From positions 27,543 through 91,542 of the forward strand of contig JADHUI010000001.1 of assembly GCA_016784605.1 (NCBI GenBank): DNA of 64,000 nt. Reading direction: 5' to 3'. Shown here piece by piece: positions 19,616 through 28,900 of the stretch. The first letter of the stretch is position 1. Each line of letters opens with the position of its first letter. The position numbers and the translations under genes are program-made. This DNA comes from Fidelibacterota bacterium (lineage in GTDB: Bacteria; Fidelibacterota; Marinisomatia; Marinisomatales; UBA1611). The notes below the pieces were generated by a model. That model was not told the DNA's origin, searched no databases, and saw nothing but the letters and a program-made list of their open reading frames with translations.

Positions 19616-20068
19616 ATGAAAATAATTAAACAAATTATTTTAATCTGTTTGTTATTAGGGCTTTTATTTGGCCAAGGCTCAACACGAACAAAAGGCTATT
19701 TAGCGGTTGGGTTTCTAGACCATAAAACGGGCACAAGTTTGGTTGGGCTTGCAAAAACGTTATGGCAAAAAGATCATCATGAAATATTTATCGGTGGCGG
19801 AACATTAATTGCCGCATTTACCGCATCACTCGGTTGGAAGTATTATTTTAGCAATACACCCGTTCGACCTTATGTTGTTTTGGCGATTCATGGTATTTCA
19901 GGTATGGGAGGTAGTTTTAAGGCGCCTTTTATTTCAGTCGGGTTAGAGAAAAATATATGGAAAAAACTATATATCAATGGAGGGTTCAATTCAACCATAC
20001 GGCCTCATTCTGAAGCGGGGTTGGATTTTGTCAACCTACCAACAATTAACCTTAATTATCGATATTAA
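19616..20068 (+). CDS. Small hypothetical exported protein, possible small beta-barrel OMP (150 aa)
   Basis: Signal peptide MKIIKQIILICLLLGLLFGQG, Gly-rich amphipathic strands, and a C-terminal aromatic signature (NLNYRY). No recognisable family. Confidence 0.5.
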   Translation: MKIIKQIILICLLLGLLFGQGSTRTKGYLAVGFLDHKTGTSLVGLAKTLWQKDHHEIFIGGGTLIAAFTASLGWKYYFSNTPVRPYVVLAIHGISGMGGSFKAPFISVGLEKNIWKKLYINGGFNSTIRPHSEAGLDFVNLPTINLNYRY

Positions 20069-20082
20069 AAATATCAAAATAA

Positions 20083-21264
20083 ATGCGGGAAACGAGATAT
20101 AATTATTTAATAGGCGTATTGTATTTTTGTTTAGTTTCAGCTCAACCTTCCGAAACAAACACCCAAACCGGTCACCCCAACGAAATAACCTTAGATGGGC
20201 AATCTTTTCCCGGTCGTGTTCACCCGTCAGGTATTTTAAAATTTTTTCAAGGGCAATCGACGCTCATTTTTAAAGATGGAATGTTTATCCCGTTTGGAGC
20301 AGAACCTATTGATACCTTTTTCTATAAAATGGCGATAGAAAATGAACAACTCTATTTTTTTGCGCACGGGGATGTAAAATATGATGGCGGATATATGGAA
20401 TGGGAAGGGTTATATGACGGCGTGAATATAAAAGACGTTAAAGGGTATTGGCATCGCGGAAAAGATGGAACTATCTTTCACGATATATTATTACCCGATA
20501 TTGTTACATGGACTTTTGTACCTGAATTAAACTATTCAATGGTGTTGATTCCTGGCGGATCCTTTGAAGTGGGTCGATCTGACGGAAAACCCGAATATGA
20601 CAATACGCCAATCCACGCGGTAAAAATTGATTCATTTTATATGGATAAATATGAAGTAACAGTAGGCCAGTTTAATAAATTTATCCAAGAAACGGGGTAT
20701 AAGTATGATTGGGGATGGTGGGAAAAACATTTTGTGTCGCCGTCCGATAATCATCCCATGGCGCACGTGAATTGGAATGATGCAACCGCTTATGCAAAAT
20801 GGGCGGGAAAACGCCTTCCCACAGAAGCAGAATGGGAATATGCCGCTCGAGGCGGATTAGAAGGAAAACGATATCCTTGGGGGAATTTCATTACAAAAGA
20901 TGATGCGAATTTTCATAAATACTGGAAAAAGGATGAAGAATACGTTCAACAGTCCATAAACAGAAAAGACGTATGGAGATATACGTCTCCTGTCGGCAGC
21001 TTTCGTCCAAATGAATATGGATTATTCGATATGGTTGGAAATGTTTCTGAATGGTGTCAAGATTGGTATCAAGATGATTATTATAAAGTATCAGATATAG
21101 AAAATCCTAAGGGGCCAAAAACTGGAACAACAAAAGTAACCCGCGGAGGCAATTGGTATAGTTGGCATAAAGGATTACGCGTATATAATCGAGGAAATAA
21201 TCCGCCAGATATAGAACGGTGGCAAGACGTTCAAGGATTTCGATGTGTAAAAAATATACAATAA
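20083..21264 (+). CDS. Exported protein with a C-terminal formylglycine-generating-enzyme (SUMF1/FGE-sulfatase) domain (393 aa)
   Basis: FGE-domain blocks HPMAHVNWNDATAYAKWAGKRLPTEAEWEYAARGG, RYPWGN, GLFDMVGNVSEWCQDWY, RGGNW and GFRCV. The N-terminal ~150 aa are unrecognised. Signal peptide present. Confidence 0.85.
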   Translation: MRETRYNYLIGVLYFCLVSAQPSETNTQTGHPNEITLDGQSFPGRVHPSGILKFFQGQSTLIFKDGMFIPFGAEPIDTFFYKMAIENEQLYFFAHGDVKYDGGYMEWEGLYDGVNIKDVKGYWHRGKDGTIFHDILLPDIVTWTFVPELNYSMVLIPGGSFEVGRSDGKPEYDNTPIHAVKIDSFYMDKYEVTVGQFNKFIQETGYKYDWGWWEKHFVSPSDNHPMAHVNWNDATAYAKWAGKRLPTEAEWEYAARGGLEGKRYPWGNFITKDDANFHKYWKKDEEYVQQSINRKDVWRYTSPVGSFRPNEYGLFDMVGNVSEWCQDWYQDDYYKVSDIENPKGPKTGTTKVTRGGNWYSWHKGLRVYNRGNNPPDIERWQDVQGFRCVKNIQ

Positions 21265-21279
21265 AAAGGTAAAGGTCTC

Positions 21280-21762
21280 ATGAAGGGTTTTATATTAAGT
21301 TTTACTTTGATGGGCGCCTTAATGGCTACACGCCCCACATTTATCAATATACAAACAACAGAGGGAACGATTCATTATCCCACCATTATTTCAGCGTCTG
21401 ATACAGATGTAATAATGGCAGGTGGAAATTCTATATCACTAATGAGTATCAACCGTGTTTTGGCTTATGGAGCATCAAAGCCTTTATTGCCAATCCTTAG
21501 TGCCGTTGGGTGTGGGTATCTTGGCTATTTTCCTGGATGCCTATTGGGGATCATTGTTTTTCCAGAAGTTATGTCTGGAGATTCTGGCCAGTCTGTGGGG
21601 TTTGCCTTTATGGCCTTATCGAGCGCAATATTATCTGGACGGTATGCCTATTTAAAAACAAAACATAAAATCACAGAAAAAAACAAAACCACGGTCTTTA
21701 TGGGTGGTTGGAGTTTGGAGCAAAAAAGAGACTTTTTTAAGAGTGTTCTTACACCAATATAA
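21280..21762 (+). CDS. Hypothetical membrane protein (160 aa)
   Basis: Signal/TM segment plus two central hydrophobic helices. No recognisable motif. Tight spacing within the same-strand gene run supports coding. Confidence 0.45.
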   Translation: MKGFILSFTLMGALMATRPTFINIQTTEGTIHYPTIISASDTDVIMAGGNSISLMSINRVLAYGASKPLLPILSAVGCGYLGYFPGCLLGIIVFPEVMSGDSGQSVGFAFMALSSAILSGRYAYLKTKHKITEKNKTTVFMGGWSLEQKRDFFKSVLTPI

Positions 21763-21766
21763 AACA

Positions 21767-22246
21767 ATGTTTAAAAAAACGCTCTTTCTCCTATTTACGC
21801 TTAACCTTTATTATGCGGCTGATATCAACCTTCCAGATAATTTCCCGGGCGGATATATAGGACTAAGCGCACAATTTGGAACAGATCTTACTGTTGGAGT
21901 TCAAGGAAGTTTTGGCGTAGCCGTTCCGGGTTTGGGAGAACCGTCCACGGGGGATTATTTATTTCCAGGTTTTGCTATTGGAAAAAGATATTCATTCAAA
22001 ACAAAAAAGCCCCATACTTATATTGATGGCCAAATAACATATTTGGGATATGCAGGTGTTTGGGTAGGGGTTGGCGCTGGATTAGTTTTTATGGATGGGG
22101 AACAATATAAAAAGTATAAGTATTATGGAGGTTGGTTAGTTGGTGGCGGCGTAAGCGAATCATTGATTGGTGAGAAAAAGCCCTTCTTTAGAGCGTTACA
22201 TGCCGGCATTGCGATTCCTATTATAGGCACAATGTTCTACCCTTAA
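21767..22246 (+). CDS. Small hypothetical exported Gly-rich protein, possible small OMP (159 aa from ATG 21767)
   Basis: Signal peptide MFKKTLFLLFTLNLYYA at the internal ATG (the track start 21704 overlaps the previous gene). Gly/aromatic-rich strands. Confidence 0.5.
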   Translation: MFKKTLFLLFTLNLYYAADINLPDNFPGGYIGLSAQFGTDLTVGVQGSFGVAVPGLGEPSTGDYLFPGFAIGKRYSFKTKKPHTYIDGQITYLGYAGVWVGVGAGLVFMDGEQYKKYKYYGGWLVGGGVSESLIGEKKPFFRALHAGIAIPIIGTMFYP

Positions 22247-22321
22247 AGAATCAAACAAACAAAACAGCACTTCTAATCCGCAAACTGTTATAATAAATTC
22301 CCCGACACTATTTAGGGAATC

Positions 22322-23140
22322 ATGAAAAAATCACTCATTATATTATTCAGTATCGCGACCGGCTTATTGGCTGTTGATGATATACAAGGCGACCTTGCTT
22401 TTCGTATGGTTAAAGATCGTTTAGAAGGCAAAAATGTACCATTAGACTTTATTGAAAAAGCTTTTTCTAATAGTCTTATAACAACACATCAAGAAATTCC
22501 AGATCGTTTTGCTCGTCCATGGGAAAAGAAAACCTGGGAGCAATATCGAAAATTATTCGTAAAAGAATCTCGCATTGTTGCCGGCGCCAAATTCTATAAT
22601 GAAAATAAAGCATTATTCGACCGCGTAATAGAACGCTTTAATGTTGATCCATTTATTGTGTGTAGCATAGCAGGAATAGAAAGTAATTATGGAACACACC
22701 ATAAGGGATTTACCGTTTTTAATTCTCTCTATACCCAAATCCACACCATGCCCAAACGAGCCAAGTGGGCATCAAAAGAATTAGCCTCTTATATTGATTA
22801 TTGCTACAAAGATCATGTAGACCCTCATTCAATTGAAGGTTCTTATGCGGGTGCTTTTGGTTTTGGTCAATTTATTCCATCAAGTTTTGTGGCTTATTCC
22901 GTTGACTTTGATGAAGATGGTGTACGTCGACCCTATGATTGGCCCGATGTGTTAGGGAGCATTGCAAATTATTTAGTTCGCCATGGATATAAAAAAAATA
23001 GTAATGATTATTCCAAAACAGGAAGTATATATAAATCTATTCGAGCATATAATCATTCAGATAATTATGTCATGGCTGTAATAGAACTTGCTGAGAAAAT
23101 ACAAAAGCGCGCCCAAGAGCCAAAAGGCGCCACAGATTGA
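22322..23140 (+). CDS. Lytic murein transglycosylase (MltB/SLT_2-like, 272 aa)
   Basis: Motifs IAGIESNYG (catalytic Glu), YAGAFGFGQFIPSSF and YNHSDNYV, typical of the MltB-type lytic transglycosylase family. Signal peptide present. Confidence 0.85.
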   Translation: MKKSLIILFSIATGLLAVDDIQGDLAFRMVKDRLEGKNVPLDFIEKAFSNSLITTHQEIPDRFARPWEKKTWEQYRKLFVKESRIVAGAKFYNENKALFDRVIERFNVDPFIVCSIAGIESNYGTHHKGFTVFNSLYTQIHTMPKRAKWASKELASYIDYCYKDHVDPHSIEGSYAGAFGFGQFIPSSFVAYSVDFDEDGVRRPYDWPDVLGSIANYLVRHGYKKNSNDYSKTGSIYKSIRAYNHSDNYVMAVIELAEKIQKRAQEPKGATD

Positions 23141-25668
23141 ATCCACCAAAACGCGAACCGCCATCTGATTACCAAAAGGTAGTTGGCTTAAAATATCAAT
23201 TATATAATTCAATATTTCTGACGCTTCCTTTAGGAGGCATCAAAGATATTGGTGTTCTTATTCCAATATTAACGGATGTTTGTCGAAATAAATTATCCAA
23301 AGGCGAATCCCCAAAACAGATAATAGACACTTTTTTAAAAGAACAATTCAAAAATAAGAACGAATCAGATTCGTTTGATTTTTTATTTCGTGTTATTCAA
23401 TTCATAGAGCGACAAGTTGTTCTTATTGATGCTTTAGAAGATGCAACTTTTGAAACATTAAACAATCTTGATGGCGATGGGTCTGTTACAGATTTATTAT
23501 CCAGAACAAGCAGGGAAAATAAAAAGAATAAACTTGAAAACAGTTTAAGCCAATTTTCCATCCGCCCCGTTTTAACCGCCCATCCAACACAATTTTATCC
23601 GGGTCGCGTATTAGCCATTATTACAGATTTAACCGATGCAATTGCTAAAAATGATATTGATTTAATTCACACCTATTTAATGCAATTAGGTATGACGCCA
23701 TTTTTTAAAAAGAACAAACCATCGCCCTACGATGAAGCGGTAAACCTAACGTGGTATTTACAAAATATTTTTTATAGTTCTGCCGGGAATATTGCCACTT
23801 CTCTCAGAAAACATTTATCCAAAAAACCGGGTTACATTCAATCAATCCAACTTGGGTTTTGGCCTGGCGGGGATCGAGACGGCAACCCTTATGTGAATAC
23901 AACAATTACATTAAATGTGGCTCGCCGATTAAAAGAAACGATTCTAAAATGTTATTATACCGATATTCGGAAAATTCGTCGACGCATTTCCTTTTCTGGG
24001 GTGTATGACAATTTGCTCAAGATTGAACAAAAAATCTTAAAATGCATTCGGGGTCATGATTTATGGTCTGCGCAAGAATTATTGGATGAATTGCATATTA
24101 TTTTAAATGACATTAATACTCACCATAATGGCGTCTTTAAAGATTTAATGGAAGATTATATTGATCGAATCTCCATGTTTGGGTTTTATTTCGCAACACT
24201 CGATTTTAGGCAAGACAGTAGCATCATTAAAGAAACAATAAATCAACTATTGCCGAAAAAAGATGGGAAAACCATTACCGCTGAAACACTTTTTTCACAT
24301 GAATTGATAAACGATTTATCTCAATCCACAAACGACCGAATTGAGGATACGCTTCAATCGTTTCAAACCATGAAGCAGATTCAAGAATCAAACGGCGAAA
24401 AAGGAAGTCATCGATACATTATTTCAAATTGCCAAAGCGACAAAGATGTAGCAAGCGTATTCTTTATCGCAAAACAAACCGCATTTCAAAATGGACCAAT
24501 GCCCGTTGATTTTATTCCATTATTTGAAACAATTAACGATTTAAATAATGCAGAACAAATCATGACAGCTCTTTTGAACAATAAAGATTACTTAAACCAT
24601 TTATCAGAACGGGGAAATAAGCAAATTGTTATGCTGGGGTTTTCTGATGGCACAAAAGATGGTGGTTATTTAAGCGCCAATTGGAACATGTATAAAGTAA
24701 GAAAACAATTATCTAACCTTTCCGAGCGACTAGGAATACACATTGTTTTCTTTGATGGTCGCGGCGGCCCGCCCGCCCGCGGTGGTGGAAATACCCACAA
24801 TTATTACGCATCTTTGGGACCCAAAATTGCTTCGACCGAAATTCAACTTACGGTTCAAGGGCAAACGATTTCGAGCAAATTTGGAACCAAAGAATCTGCT
24901 CGTCTAAACTTAGAACAACTATTAACCGCAGGTCTAGATAATTTACTTTTTGACGATCAACACAAAAAACTTTCAGAAGAGAATTATACCCTTTTAGAGC
25001 ACATGAGTTCAACAGCTTTAAAGACATATACAGAATTAAAAAACCACCCACTCTTTACATCTTTCCTTGTTGATATGTCTCCATTAAAATATTACAGCAG
25101 AACCAACATTGGGTCTCGCCCAGACAAAAGAAATGAATCTAACGAAGTAGAATTTCAACAATTAAGAGCCATCCCATTTGTGGGCGCATGGTCCCAAATA
25201 AAACAAAATATCCCGGGGTTTTATGGTTTAGGAACGGCACTTAGAGAGATGGAAGAAAACGGAAAACTAAACGAAATAATACAACTTTATTCAGAATCTC
25301 GGTTTTTTCGAGCTCTAATTGGAAATTCAATGCAAAGTATGTGTAAAACATATTTTCCTTTAACCGACTACATGAAACACGACCCTACTTACGGCGAATT
25401 TTGGGTAATTCTAAAAGAAGAATATGATTTAACTGAACGATTAATTTTAAAAGTTTCAGGTCAAAAAGAATTACTGGAAAACAATCAAAATATTAAAGAA
25501 TCAATTGCATTAAGAGAAGAAACGGTACTTCCTTTGTTGGTTATTCAACAATATGCCCTTATGAGATTAAGAGAAAACGACCTATCGAAAGATCAAATAA
25601 ACATACTGGAAAAAATGATTGTACGCTCCCTATTTGGGAATATTAATGCATCTAGAAATTCGGCTTAG
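23137..25668 (+). CDS. ppc: Phosphoenolpyruvate carboxylase (843 aa, short FCB-type)
   Basis: Conserved PEPC blocks VLTAHPTQ, GFSDGTKDGG, FDGRGGPPARGGG and LRAIPFVGAWSQ. The TTG start overlaps the mltB-like stop (ATTGA), so the exact start is uncertain. Confidence 0.93.
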   Translation: MNPPKREPPSDYQKVVGLKYQLYNSIFLTLPLGGIKDIGVLIPILTDVCRNKLSKGESPKQIIDTFLKEQFKNKNESDSFDFLFRVIQFIERQVVLIDALEDATFETLNNLDGDGSVTDLLSRTSRENKKNKLENSLSQFSIRPVLTAHPTQFYPGRVLAIITDLTDAIAKNDIDLIHTYLMQLGMTPFFKKNKPSPYDEAVNLTWYLQNIFYSSAGNIATSLRKHLSKKPGYIQSIQLGFWPGGDRDGNPYVNTTITLNVARRLKETILKCYYTDIRKIRRRISFSGVYDNLLKIEQKILKCIRGHDLWSAQELLDELHIILNDINTHHNGVFKDLMEDYIDRISMFGFYFATLDFRQDSSIIKETINQLLPKKDGKTITAETLFSHELINDLSQSTNDRIEDTLQSFQTMKQIQESNGEKGSHRYIISNCQSDKDVASVFFIAKQTAFQNGPMPVDFIPLFETINDLNNAEQIMTALLNNKDYLNHLSERGNKQIVMLGFSDGTKDGGYLSANWNMYKVRKQLSNLSERLGIHIVFFDGRGGPPARGGGNTHNYYASLGPKIASTEIQLTVQGQTISSKFGTKESARLNLEQLLTAGLDNLLFDDQHKKLSEENYTLLEHMSSTALKTYTELKNHPLFTSFLVDMSPLKYYSRTNIGSRPDKRNESNEVEFQQLRAIPFVGAWSQIKQNIPGFYGLGTALREMEENGKLNEIIQLYSESRFFRALIGNSMQSMCKTYFPLTDYMKHDPTYGEFWVILKEEYDLTERLILKVSGQKELLENNQNIKESIALREETVLPLLVIQQYALMRLRENDLSKDQINILEKMIVRSLFGNINASRNSA
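25624..25668 (+). repeat. ppc 3'-end repeat, copy A (the functional last 14 codons plus stop of ppc)
   Basis: cgctccctatttgggaatattaatgcatctagaaattcggcttag encodes RSLFGNINASRNSA*. It shares the 29-bp core tttgggaatattaatgcatctagaaattc with copies B and C. Confidence 0.95.
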
Positions 25669-25925
25669 GAGCTAATTTTCTTATTTATTCTTAATGAGTA
25701 GCGGACCCTATAGGCTGAACAGATTTTTAGAATTTAAGATATATAATTCTGCGAGATTTTTCATTAAGCCTCCAACGCTTTTCTTTTGTTGGGTTACTTT
25801 TTATATATACTTGCCTTATCGTATTTCCTTCTAAGGTTGACATATAACTTTTATTATGAAATAGAAGTTATATTTTATATTTTTCCCGCTAATTTTTTAC
25901 TAAAACAAATACGGATAATACATTA

Positions 25926-28900
25926 ATGAAACAATTATTTCGCCCATCAATCATTTTTTTAATTTTAACCACATTAACCCAGTTAGCTGCGCAAGTAGTT
26001 TATCCTGGCGAAGTGGATATAACGGGCACAGAGGAAGTTGTTTTTGATTATACAACAGACGCATGCTCTGAAGATGATATCCCTGATACGCCCGCACGAT
26101 TTTTTAGAGATGCAAATGGACAAATTCAAATGCTTGCGGTACATTATGTTAATTACAGATCGATCGGGTCAGACTTTGATAATTTAACACGAGACTGCAG
26201 TGCGCCAGTATTTGACTCAGACCATAACAGCAACCCAAGCACTTTTAATAACAACGAATGGTTGTCTAATTCATATACCCTTGACGGAAATACTATTTAT
26301 TCAATTGTTCATAATGAATACACACCAGACACCGGAAATGATTATTGGTATAATACTTTAACGTTTGCTACATCTACAGATGCGGGACAATCTTACACTC
26401 AAGCCGCATCACCCGACCATTATTTGGCGGGAACTCCTTACGAACTAGATACAAGCAATATACTCGGTATTTTTGGGGGAAGCTCACCGGTGTATAATGC
26501 GAATGATGGCTATTATTACGCGATGGTTCATTTGGAAGCCTATGGGTTACAAGATTGGGGAGCGGGCTTAATTCGTACTCAAGACTTAAGCAACCCAGAT
26601 AATTGGCGCGGGTGGGACGGTGAAGGTTTTAATGTAGAGTTTAAAAATCCCTATCATGATGTTATTTCGGATCCAGCAGATCATATTCTTGCGCCAGTTT
26701 CAAAAAATAAAATCGCAAAAATGTGCGGCAGCTTAACGTATAATACTTATTTTGAAAAATATATGGTAGTGGAATATGGCGAGTTTTTTGATCCACCATC
26801 TGGGCAAGCAAAATATGGATTCTTTTATTCGTTATCCGAAGATTTGATTAACTGGAGTCACCCAGTAATGATGTATGAAAGTCCGATTCAAACTTGGTGG
26901 GACGTAGGCGGTGTATTTTATCCAAATATTGTTGATCATACAGATACTACGCGAAATTTTGAACGTCCCGGAAGAGAGTGTTATCTCTATTTTACGAAAT
27001 GGAATTCCGGAACATATGACAGGGATTTGGTTCGAGTTCCAATTCGATTTAATAAAAAAGATATTTCAACAATTACAGTAAATAGCGTAGGAGATGATGG
27101 CGCAAACCATGCTTATATCGGAGATGCATCCACTGGAACTACAATTGCAAACGGCGAAGATGAAATCACCTTAAGGTCCGCCATTGAAACAATTAAAGCC
27201 TCTCCAGATACAGGCGCTACATTTACAATTAATTTTAATCTTCCCGGCGATGGCCCACACACCATTTCTCCGGGCTCCAGTTACCCAACATTAACAGGTT
27301 CAATGATTATTGATGGATTCTCTCAAGCCGGAGCCGTTGCAAATGCTAACAGTCTTGCTAACGGAAATAATGCGACGGTGCAAATTGAGATAGACGGAAG
27401 TAGCGCTGGGACTGACGTAAATGCGTTTGTGCTTGATGGAGCATCTTTTGCCATTAAAGGATTATCTATATATGGGTTTGATGCTGGGATTTTTATTGAG
27501 AATGGAAGTTCATCCAGCATTGAAGGTTGTTTTTTAGGATTTAATGCTCTCGGAAATCGTATTGCTGATGAGATGGGTGTAACAATTTTTAATACAGACA
27601 GTATAACAATTGGTGGAACGTCCGCTGCATCCCAAAATGTAATATCGGGTAATGTTATAATAACAGAAACGGGAGCAGAGAACAATGTAGTTTCTGGTAA
27701 TTATATTGGCGCATCGCCAGATGGAGCCACATCAATTAGTAGCGGGATGGTTATTGTTGATAATGGAGCATCGTTTAATACAATAAATTCAAATTTGATT
27801 TCCGGGTCTAGCTATAGTATTCACATTATTAATAGTAGCCTAAACACAATTCAGCAAAATATCACCGGAACAAACTCTACAGGTTTAACGGCCATTGCAC
27901 AAGGGACCATTGTTTTAACTGATAATGCAAGTCTAAACACAATTGATGATAATTTAATATCAGGGACAGGGAATGGTATTGAAATAAATCAAGACTCATA
28001 TCAAAACACAATTACTAACAATTTGATTGGCACAGATGCTAGTGGCACATCAGGCTTAAATGCAGGTTTATACGGAATTTTAGTTCAAACAGGGGCCCAC
28101 GACAATCAGATTGGAACGGTTAATAATGGAAATATAATTGGAGGGCTCACCGAGGTTGGGATTGGCTTAAATGGGGTAGATAATAATGTACTACAAGCGA
28201 ATTATGTCGGGACGAATCCTACTGGTGATAATATTTCAATTGCCACAGAAGGCATTTGGGTTGGCGGTGACTCTGAAGGGAATGTTATCGGCGGAACTTC
28301 TGCTGGAGAAGGAAATATTATAACCAATAATGGCGGTTCTGGGATAAGCCTATCTGGATTAACCGGACAAGGGAACGCTTTTCTTGGTAATGCAATTTAT
28401 AATAACGGACTTTCAGGTATTGGAGATATGACAGAAATTGATGTCCCCAGACCCGATATTGTAATAGCAATGAGTCAGAATACTACGCTTGATATTATTG
28501 GAAATATATCTGGCGAATCGAACTCAACGTATCGAATAGAGCTATTTAATAATTCAGAATGTGACGCATCGGGATCTGGTGAAGGAGAAACTTTTCTTGG
28601 GTTTATCGATGTGACCACAGATGCAAGCGGCATTGGCTCTATCAACGAAACGATTAATGCGAGCGTTGTGTCTGGTGATATTGTTACCGCAACGGCGACA
28701 GGAGAAAATAACAGTACATCTGCCTTCTCAGACTGTGTTGATGTTTTTAATAATGTTGATGCTCCCACAATGACTTTATCTGGGTCAACTTTTTCATTTG
28801 ATTTTCCATCATTTATTCAACCCATAGCTTCTGCAGATATAGTTGTAACAAATTCGGGCGCTTATGAGTTAGAATGGGAAGGAAGTTCAAACGCAGATTG

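Noticed and set aside
25837-25873. TTGACA hexamer plus an AT-only 9-bp-stem hairpin (atataactt/aagttatat) followed by a T-rich run, 50-90 bp upstream of giant gene 1
   Set aside because: No acceptable -10 element lies at 16-18 bp spacing. The all-A/T stem is too weak to call a terminator confidently. It cannot be resolved as promoter or ppc terminator from the sequence alone.
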